Notes under the pieces: model-generated
What the model was told of the DNA's origin: nothing
The model's database searches: none
What the model saw: only the letters and a program-made list of their open reading frames with translations
Position numbers and translations under genes: made by a program
DNA from: an uncultured Campylobacterales bacterium
GTDB lineage: Bacteria > Campylobacterota > Campylobacteria > Campylobacterales > QNZT01
Assembly: GCA_964447385.1 (NCBI GenBank)
Contig: CAYUSV010000002.1
Coordinates: forward strand, 1-52,695
Length of the DNA stretch: 52,695 bases
Reading direction: 5' to 3'
Shown here: piece after piece, positions 46,430-52,695 of the stretch
Position numbering within the stretch: position 1 is the first letter of the stretch
Layout: the number at the start of each line of letters is the position of its first letter

Positions 46430-47829
46430 TGAAAACTATACTCAAAACAACGATAGTATCTATTACAGTAAGTGCGTATATATTGACATTTACAGGGTGC
46501 ATCGAAGATAGGACTAATTTTAGTGATTTAGAAACAAAAAGTGTCGTTGTCATCGATCCAGATGGTGATCCAGACAATGATGGACTCACAAATCAAGAAG
46601 AGGTAGATTTAGGAACTGACCCTGATGATGCTGATAGTGACGATGATGGACTTGATGATGGATTGGAAGTTAAAATCACAGGTACTTCTCCTTTGGCAAG
46701 TGATAGTGATGGTGATGGCGTTACAGATGGAATTGAAGTACTTGGTACTGACATTGACAACATCAATTCTAGTGGAAAAGTAATAACTGCAGGAGAAAAT
46801 AAAACACCTCTAAAAGAGGGTAAAAATGGGTTAAAGGTTTTGGATATAAATAAACCTATTTCTATTGAAGATTGGGGAGATAAAGCAACTGCAAATACCA
46901 ATACGAATCCATTTACAGACCCTCAAGATAAAATTGATGCACTTGACCCTATGAACGATAGCGATTATGATAAAAGACAAAATGAAAATGAAAAAATGAA
47001 AAGTACAAATCCCCTAGACAAGGAAAGCTACTACCCATGGATATACGAAACTCCTGTTGGAAAGATCATGGAAAATGCTGGTTTTGTCTATATCCCAGGA
47101 GGTTTTGATCTTGATGGTGGTGGCGATGAAAGTGGCTTTTGGATGGCAAAATATGAAGCTAGAGGAGACTCTCCTACAAACATACAAGGTGGTAATTTAC
47201 AAAATATAATTAATAGATATTTTGATCCAGATACAATCCACTATACACAAGACCCTGCCCCAACATCAGGAGAAAAGCTTTTTATTCCGATCTATGATAA
47301 TAAAGATGGTGATTCACTATCTGGAATGCGTCCTTATGAAATGGCAGAATTGGTATCTACAAATCAAATTATTGATAGTACTGACACTAATACTACTCTT
47401 GGTGAGCCAATTATGCTTCCAACAAATAAACAATACGCACATGTATTAAAATTAATTAGTAAATACAAAACAGATCAAATCAAAAATAGTATCCTTGCTT
47501 ATGATGAGAATGTTGAAGAAGATTATAGAAGAGATATAAAAGAGATTAACTCTGGGAAAAGAGAAGTTACTAGAGACTTAGTTAGACTTGTAGATCTAAA
47601 AAATTATCCTTCTTGGTGGGATGTTGATGGTATTCAAAGAAGTGACAAGAACAAAGCTGCTGCCGGCCAAAATGTTTTTGCCTCGCAAAATAATGGTGAA
47701 GGTATGGAGCAAGACGACTATGCAGTAATTATTAGAGATGGCAAAAAACTTGACCTGCGATATGGACCATCATATGCTGAAAAATCATATAATGGCTTTA
47801 GAGCTGCAAGTGATTATCTAGCAAAATAA
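46429..47829 (+). CDS. lipoprotein with acidic TSP3-like repeats and a C-terminal FGE-sulfatase-like region
   Basis: Lipobox FTGC. DPDGDPDNDGLTNQEE../DSDDDGLDDGLE../DSDGDGVTDGIE repeats. ..GFVYIPGGFDL....FWMAKYEAR.. resembles the formylglycine-generating-enzyme fold. TAATG overlap with the OmpA gene. Confidence 0.65.
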   Translation: MKTILKTTIVSITVSAYILTFTGCIEDRTNFSDLETKSVVVIDPDGDPDNDGLTNQEEVDLGTDPDDADSDDDGLDDGLEVKITGTSPLASDSDGDGVTDGIEVLGTDIDNINSSGKVITAGENKTPLKEGKNGLKVLDINKPISIEDWGDKATANTNTNPFTDPQDKIDALDPMNDSDYDKRQNENEKMKSTNPLDKESYYPWIYETPVGKIMENAGFVYIPGGFDLDGGGDESGFWMAKYEARGDSPTNIQGGNLQNIINRYFDPDTIHYTQDPAPTSGEKLFIPIYDNKDGDSLSGMRPYEMAELVSTNQIIDSTDTNTTLGEPIMLPTNKQYAHVLKLISKYKTDQIKNSILAYDENVEEDYRRDIKEINSGKREVTRDLVRLVDLKNYPSWWDVDGIQRSDKNKAAAGQNVFASQNNGEGMEQDDYAVIIRDGKKLDLRYGPSYAEKSYNGFRAASDYLAK

Positions 47830-47837
47830 TATATATC

Positions 47838-47863
47838 TAGAGTTTGGAACTTTCCAAACTCTA
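47838..47863. terminator. 12-bp perfect inverted repeat between convergent genes
   Basis: TAGAGTTTGGAA-ct-TTCCAAACTCTA. The right arm covers the stop codon of the minus-strand gene. There is no strong U-tract on either side. Confidence 0.45.
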
Positions 47864-48766
47864 ACAGCCATCTTTTCTATTTTCCGTAGCTTTGAGGTAT
47901 ATGGACAAACCAATTAAGAGTATACCAACTCCACCAAGAATATATACTGCATTTATAATCTTTTCAGGCTCAGTTAGGGCAAATTTAAACACGAGCATCA
48001 ATGATTCTATTGAAAGTGCAATGATGATAGAGCCTAAAAATTTCACCATTGTATGATGTATATCTTTTGATTTATGGTCATGATGACCTAAAACTTCTTC
48101 TTGAAATATCGTCTTTACAAGATCAAATATAGCAAGCGCTAAAGTGAGCAAAATAGTTACTTTAAACATCTCATTTATTTCGATTGTGCCAATATTAAAA
48201 CCATGTGAAAAGATTTTTTGAGAGGCTTGAAAAAAGAGTATAAAAGCAACAACCAATAGTGCAGCTGAAAATAGAGCATAACTAGTTTTTCCTATAACAG
48301 CAAAAATATTTTCATAATTTGTTGGCTGAGCAAATTTTAAAAGATCAGATAGCGCTATATCCATACAGACAATAAACTTTAAGTTCTTTTTATCATCATA
48401 AACAGGATATGAAGCCGTAACAGTAAGAGTATTTGTCAGTGTTGAGGGATAAGGGCTAGTAATAACACATTTTTTCTCTCTAACAGCCCGATAATAATAA
48501 GCTCTTGCACTATGATTTCCCGGCTTTACTTCTTTAAACTTTGGGTTATCTGATATGTTTTTTGTAACTTGTTCCCCTTTTGGATTTAGCACATAGAGCG
48601 CTTCTACCTTGATTTGCTCTTTTTTTAATATTTTTATACCACTTATAATAACATTCAAATCAGGGCTTGGTAGATAATTTGGTATACTTCTGTTTAAAAG
48701 TAGACACAAATAGGCTCTCGCTTGTACTCTAACCTTTTCAAACTGGGCAATCTCTTGTGGCATCAT
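47861..48766 (-). CDS. membrane protein: N-terminal Cache/PDC-like domain + PsiE-like 4-TM domain
   Basis: ..ALYVLNPKGEQV..RAYYYRAV..VITSPYPSTLTNTLTVTASYPVYD..FIVCMDI.. resembles a Cache fold with no preceding TM. The C-terminal TM bundle has ..GHHDHKSKDIHHTMVKFLG... Confidence 0.45.
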   Translation of the reverse strand: MMPQEIAQFEKVRVQARAYLCLLLNRSIPNYLPSPDLNVIISGIKILKKEQIKVEALYVLNPKGEQVTKNISDNPKFKEVKPGNHSARAYYYRAVREKKCVITSPYPSTLTNTLTVTASYPVYDDKKNLKFIVCMDIALSDLLKFAQPTNYENIFAVIGKTSYALFSAALLVVAFILFFQASQKIFSHGFNIGTIEINEMFKVTILLTLALAIFDLVKTIFQEEVLGHHDHKSKDIHHTMVKFLGSIIIALSIESLMLVFKFALTEPEKIINAVYILGGVGILLIGLSIYLKATENRKDGC

Positions 48767-48767
48767 T

Positions 48768-49415
48768 TTATATTTCCTTTAAAAAAAGTTTTAAACTTTT
48801 TGCTGATTTTTGGTCTATATTATAATTAATAAGCTTTAAATATTCTACAACATCACTACATGATATATCTGCTTTTTTTGCATATCTTTTTAAAATATAT
48901 TGTGGTATTTTTCTCTTGGTTTTTAAAAAACTGTTCACTAGCTTGTTATAAAATTTATAATTTCTAACTACACAAAAGCGTGCAAATACAAATGGTAACT
49001 TATACTTATCATACCAAAGCTCTGCCAAATCAACATAATTTTTTGGATTTTTAAGGTAGAGCTTTAATGCTTTGTCCCCGATAATAACCTCTCCATCAAT
49101 TTTAAGTATTTTTGCCAAAGCGTTGGATGTAGCGGAGTGAGAATCTTCTATATATTTTCCTTTCTTTACAAGTACACTTCTTACCTCTTTTTTAGAAACT
49201 ATACCAGCATCAAATTTATGAAAATTACCCCTTTTACTCTCAATACTTGAGATAAAAGCAGCATCAATTTGGCGTCTTTTAAATTTACGATTTAAATCTG
49301 AGGGAAAACTCTTTTTATATTCGATAGATTGCTTAAATTGTGAGTTTCTAATATAAGCTTTTAAAAAAACATGAAATGGAGCTAAATTTATATAGTCAAT
49401 TTTTCCAAATAACAA
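48768..49415 (-). CDS. mqnA: chorismate dehydratase (futalosine pathway)
   Basis: MLFGKIDYINLAPFHVFLK.. N-terminus and ..PFVFARF.. typical of MqnA. 215 aa. Confidence 0.75.
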   Translation of the reverse strand: MLFGKIDYINLAPFHVFLKAYIRNSQFKQSIEYKKSFPSDLNRKFKRRQIDAAFISSIESKRGNFHKFDAGIVSKKEVRSVLVKKGKYIEDSHSATSNALAKILKIDGEVIIGDKALKLYLKNPKNYVDLAELWYDKYKLPFVFARFCVVRNYKFYNKLVNSFLKTKRKIPQYILKRYAKKADISCSDVVEYLKLINYNIDQKSAKSLKLFLKEI

Positions 49416-49462
49416 CTAAACACCCTTTTGTATGCGATTATATTGAAAAATTGTTTTGATGT

Positions 49463-49471
49463 TGGTATAAT
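49463..49471 (+). promoter_or_regulatory. extended -10 element TGgTATAAT for moaDE-moeA
   Basis: TGGTATAAT lies 22 nt before the ATG at 49494. CAGGAG RBS at 49481. Confidence 0.45.
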
Positions 49472-49493
49472 ACTAAGAAACAGGAGAGTACAC

Positions 49494-49715
49494 ATGGCAA
49501 CGGTTGAATTTTTGGGACCAATAGATAGAGAGACTATGGAGTTAGATATCGCAAACTTAGGTGAACTTAAAGAGATATTCAAAAATGACACAGAGCTTGA
49601 AAAATGGCTTGAACACTGTGCAATCGCCGTCAATGATACGATGGTATCGCACTTAAACATTCCTCTTCTCTCACAAGACAAAGTATCACTCCTGCCACCA
49701 GTTTGCGGAGGTTAA
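49494..49715 (+). CDS. moaD: molybdopterin synthase sulfur-carrier subunit
   Basis: 73 aa from MATVEFLGPI.. to the C-terminal ..PPVCGG. The ATG at 49428 in the track lies upstream of the promoter and RBS and adds 22 unlikely residues. Confidence 0.85.
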   Translation: MATVEFLGPIDRETMELDIANLGELKEIFKNDTELEKWLEHCAIAVNDTMVSHLNIPLLSQDKVSLLPPVCGG

Positions 49716-50156
49716 ATGTTAGAGCTTTATGAAGGTGCTTTAAATGTTGATAACACACTAAATCGTTGGTATAACTCACTACACAGCCAAAACTATGGTG
49801 CTTTTATAAGCTTTGTTGGCACAGTGAGAAAAGAGGGAGGCATACAGGGGCTAAGTTTTGATATATATGAGCCTATTCTTACAAATTGGTTTAACCAGTG
49901 GCAAGAAGAGGCAAAAAAACAAAATGCTATTGTTTTGATGGCTCACTCCAAAGGTGATGTTTTGGTGCACCAATGCTCATACATATCTGCTGTTTGTTCA
50001 CCCAAAAGAAGAGTTGCCCTAGAGATGATTGATGCATTTGTTGAAGACTTTAAAGCAAAAGCTCCTATTTGGAAATATGACATCATCAAAGGCAAGCGAA
50101 TTTACGCAAAAAATAGAAGTACAGCTCTTCCACATAGCGGATTGTTAGGAGAATAG
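49716..50156 (+). CDS. moaE: molybdopterin synthase catalytic subunit
   Basis: 146 aa. ..GAFISFVGTVR.., ..HSKGDV.., ..APIWK.. MoaE motifs. Abuts moaD and moeA. Confidence 0.85.
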   Translation: MLELYEGALNVDNTLNRWYNSLHSQNYGAFISFVGTVRKEGGIQGLSFDIYEPILTNWFNQWQEEAKKQNAIVLMAHSKGDVLVHQCSYISAVCSPKRRVALEMIDAFVEDFKAKAPIWKYDIIKGKRIYAKNRSTALPHSGLLGE

Positions 50157-51368
50157 ATGTCATTTATATCTTATGAAGAGTCAATCAAAAACTTACAGCA
50201 AACTTTCACGCCCCCAACTCTAAAAGAGAAAGTTTTTTTAAGCCAGGCACTTGGTCGAATCAATGCAAATGACATCATAGCAGATCATAACTCACCGGAG
50301 TTTCCAACATCTGCGATGGATGGTTATGCCATAAAATTTGACGACCAAATGCTAGGTCAGATTAAAATAAACGGTGATCTCCCTGCCGGAGAGTTTAATG
50401 AGCGTGAAGTTATTGGTGGCGAGTGCATAAAAACTTTTACAGGCTCACTTATAAGCAGAGGATGTGATACTCTTATACCTATTGAAAATGTTGAAGTTAT
50501 AAATAATCACATTATAATCAAAAAAGAAGTTCCCAAAGGTTTTAGTGTCAGACCAATTGGAGAAAATTACAAAAAAGATGAGATACTTATCAGAAAATCA
50601 ACTAAAATAGATTTTGCCGAAATTGGCGTATTAGCAAGTCTAAATATCTCACAAGTTGAAGTTTATAAACAACCAAAAATCTCCATCATTTGTACAGGCA
50701 GTGAGATACTTGATGTTGGTGAAAAACAGACCAACCCTTCACAGATAAGAAGTTCAAACCAATTTACTCTCCAAGCACTTGCTAAAAAAGCAGGAGCCTA
50801 TACACTAAGAGTACCGCTTATAAAAGATGATAAAAATCTTATAAAATCAACCATAACAGAAGCTTTGGAAAATTGTGATATCGTTGTCACAACAGGTGGT
50901 GTGAGTGTTGGGGATTATGATTTTGTCAAAGATATTATTGCAGATTTTAACCCTGAGTATATCACAAAAGGTGTTTTAATAAAACCAGGACAACATATAA
51001 AAATTGTAAAAATTGGCAAAAAATATATCTTTGCACTTGCAGGGTTTCCATATAGTGCAACCGTAACATTTATACTCTATGTGATACCACTTATCTATCA
51101 GATGCAGGGATTAAAAAAAGATTTACCCACTATCAAAGCAAAACTAAAAGATTCTTACAAGAAAAAATCTAACAAAACAGAGTTTGTCGTAGCAAACTTA
51201 AACTACAGTGAGGGTAGCTATCATGTAGATTTTGATGGCAAAAAAAGTGGCTCTAGCGCTATTCTTACTAACATGTTGGGAGATGTAGGATTGATACATA
51301 TAAAAGAGGACTCAAACGACCTTTGCGCTGGCGACATCGTAGATGTAATCAACTTAAAAGAGATCTAA
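50157..51368 (+). CDS. moeA: molybdopterin molybdotransferase (copy 2)
   Basis: 403 aa. ..TSAMDGYA.., ..VVTTGGVSVGDYDF.., ..KPGQH.. MoeA motifs. Paralogue of 31550..32758. Confidence 0.85.
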   Translation: MSFISYEESIKNLQQTFTPPTLKEKVFLSQALGRINANDIIADHNSPEFPTSAMDGYAIKFDDQMLGQIKINGDLPAGEFNEREVIGGECIKTFTGSLISRGCDTLIPIENVEVINNHIIIKKEVPKGFSVRPIGENYKKDEILIRKSTKIDFAEIGVLASLNISQVEVYKQPKISIICTGSEILDVGEKQTNPSQIRSSNQFTLQALAKKAGAYTLRVPLIKDDKNLIKSTITEALENCDIVVTTGGVSVGDYDFVKDIIADFNPEYITKGVLIKPGQHIKIVKIGKKYIFALAGFPYSATVTFILYVIPLIYQMQGLKKDLPTIKAKLKDSYKKKSNKTEFVVANLNYSEGSYHVDFDGKKSGSSAILTNMLGDVGLIHIKEDSNDLCAGDIVDVINLKEI

Positions 51369-51369
51369 T

Positions 51370-51927
51370 TTGATCAAAAAACTCATCCATATAGCTCTTA
51401 GCTTTATAATATTTACCTATATCATTTTTGAAGAGGTTATATGGGAGAATATTGCAAAGCCAATCTATAACTATCTTCATTCATTAAAAATTATTCAAAA
51501 AGTTGAACTTTTCATCCACAAACAACATCGCTTAATGCTTTTAATATTTTTTGTGATACTTTTTATCATTGTTGAGCTTTTAGGATTTATTGCTGTGGCA
51601 TTTTTAGCAAAAGGAGACATTTATAGTGGGGTGCTACTCTATATTTGTAAAATCCCCGTTGGTATTATTACATTTTGGCTTTTTCGTATCTCTAAAGATA
51701 AATTGATAACATATCAGTGGTTTAGCACAACTTATGATTTTATCATAAAAGTTATAGACAAAATCAAAAAGAGCCAAATCTATCAAAACATTAAATCCAA
51801 AACCTATCACATGAAAGTATATTTAAAAGGAAGAATCAAGATATTTAAAACCAAATACCTACAAAACAATGGCAATATCAAGATAAAAATTAAAAAAATT
51901 TATCAAAGTATTAAAGAGCGTTTTTAG
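51370..51927 (+). CDS. integral membrane protein, unknown function
   Basis: 185 aa, TTG start. Three or four hydrophobic segments and a K-rich tail. Its 3' end overlaps the convergent MNT gene by 17 nt. Confidence 0.45.
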   Translation: MIKKLIHIALSFIIFTYIIFEEVIWENIAKPIYNYLHSLKIIQKVELFIHKQHRLMLLIFFVILFIIVELLGFIAVAFLAKGDIYSGVLLYICKIPVGIITFWLFRISKDKLITYQWFSTTYDFIIKVIDKIKKSQIYQNIKSKTYHMKVYLKGRIKIFKTKYLQNNGNIKIKIKKIYQSIKERF

Positions 51928-52222
51928 GATATATAGTAACACCAAATTGATCAATATGCTCTTTTAATGCCTTATTTTTCACTCTATCATAATGTATAAT
52001 ATCAAACATAAAAGGGAGAGTTCCTTTTTCATTTAAATTATATAATAGACTCCAAATACTAGAGATATCAACCTCTTTACCTTTAACAGCTATATCTACA
52101 TCTGAGCCATTTTTATATGTACCAAGTGCACGAGAACCAAACAGTATAGCTTCACTTATCTGTGGTAATTTTTTTATCTCATCTACTATTTTTTTTGTAG
52201 TATCTTCATCCAAACCTGTCAT
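51911..52222 (-). CDS. minimal nucleotidyltransferase (MNT-type antitoxin)
   Basis: ..FGSRALGTYKNGSDVDIAV.. GSx10-ish SDxD NTase motif. 103 aa. 4-nt overlap with the HEPN gene. Confidence 0.8.
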   Translation of the reverse strand: MTGLDEDTTKKIVDEIKKLPQISEAILFGSRALGTYKNGSDVDIAVKGKEVDISSIWSLLYNLNEKGTLPFMFDIIHYDRVKNKALKEHIDQFGVTIYPKNAL

Positions 52223-52617
52223 AATTCTCTACTTAATTTCTCATAAAGAGCATACATTTGAGGAAAATATTCATCACAGATCAACACCCAAAACTCATCT
52301 AAAATCGTTTCATCATAAGTATGAGATGCCAAATTTCTCTTTTGTAATGCATCTAGCCAAATTTCACCATGTGTAATAATATCATTTTGATAAGCAAGTT
52401 TTATAGCTTCTCTTGGACTTTTTACAATAAATCCGTCTGATTCAAGATAATCTTTTAACACTTTCCACGCAAGTTCAAAACTTACTTCAAAAAATTGAAT
52501 CAATCCAGCCTGTTCTATTTTACTAGGCTTTTTTATCTCTTTTGCAACTTGTAAATTTTTAATTGCTTTTGTATAATTCTCAAACCTCTGCTTCCATCGT
52601 ATAGACTTTTGATTCAT
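52219..52617 (-). CDS. HEPN-domain protein (HI0074-type nucleotidyltransferase substrate-binding protein, toxin candidate)
   Basis: 132 aa. C-terminal RNLASH (Rx4H) HEPN motif. GGGAGA RBS. Confidence 0.8.
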   Translation of the reverse strand: MNQKSIRWKQRFENYTKAIKNLQVAKEIKKPSKIEQAGLIQFFEVSFELAWKVLKDYLESDGFIVKSPREAIKLAYQNDIITHGEIWLDALQKRNLASHTYDETILDEFWVLICDEYFPQMYALYEKLSREL

Positions 52618-52695
52618 AAAATTTCTCCCAATTTTGTTGTATACTCAATCCATATAAGTATCAACTCTTTTAAACCATCCTTTGAGCCATTTTTT

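Noticed and set aside
49428-49493. Long form of moaD starting at ATG 49428 (also GTG 27602, TTG 30231, TTG 45230 and ATG 23903 as starts of their ORFs)
   Set aside because: In each case, a downstream ATG has a proper Shine-Dalgarno and gives the canonical N-terminus. The extension would also include promoter elements or overlap the upstream gene.
52618-52695. Possible further gene at the right edge
   Set aside because: Only 78 nt remain. This stretch contains plausible promoter and RBS elements for the HEPN gene but no assessable ORF.

Overview
AT-rich chromosomal window, roughly one third G+C by eye. I found no rRNA, tRNA, CRISPR array, transposase or integrase. Gene content and signal style fit Campylobacterota (inference): futalosine-pathway mqnA, an Aer-type PAS protein paired with a soluble CZB chemoreceptor, an HQWRQPL-type histidine kinase, sigma-54 and sigma-28 style promoters, and many D/E-x-N-x-S/T sequons. 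Layout: (1) 1-7034, housekeeping genes (hom, aminotransferase, RodZ-like, rRNA methyltransferases, rpmE, rsmE). (2) 7085-22574, an operon-like string of 15 ORFs. It starts with a phage-tail-fibre-like repeat protein carrying a C-terminal self-cleaving chaperone domain. This is followed by a 629-aa secreted sequon-rich protein, four minor prepilins, and a complete MSHA-type mshI-J-K-L-M-N-E-G assembly set. A major-pilin candidate converges on its 3' end. (3) 22640-27551, an operon with two NosL-like proteins, a MacB/FtsX-type ABC transporter, a Cys-rich polytopic protein and a DsbD_2-like protein. (4) 27610-31518, a two-component system, a small orphan ORF with a sigma-54 promoter, and a second pilin paralogue. 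(5) 31550-52617, Moco genes (moeA x2, moaA, moaD, moaE), queuosine genes (queE, queD), menaquinone genes (UbiA-type, mqnA), a tethered cytochrome c, the PAS/CZB pair, a third NosL-like gene behind an orphan OmpR-type regulator, an OmpA/TSP3 pair and a HEPN/MNT toxin-antitoxin pair. The most interesting signals: the fibre gene is translationally coupled to the pilus machine. A bipartite motif TAAA-N15-(G/A)(T/C)CGATAT, the sigma-28 consensus, recurs four times, upstream of both pilins, the two-component system and the chemoreceptor pair. TGGCA-N-TGC sigma-54-type motifs sit upstream of the pilus operon and the orphan ORF. The secreted pilus components are strongly enriched in bacterial N-glycosylation sequons. 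The NosL-like/ABC operon has no nos context. All functional calls come from motif reading of the supplied translations and need profile or structure searches to confirm.
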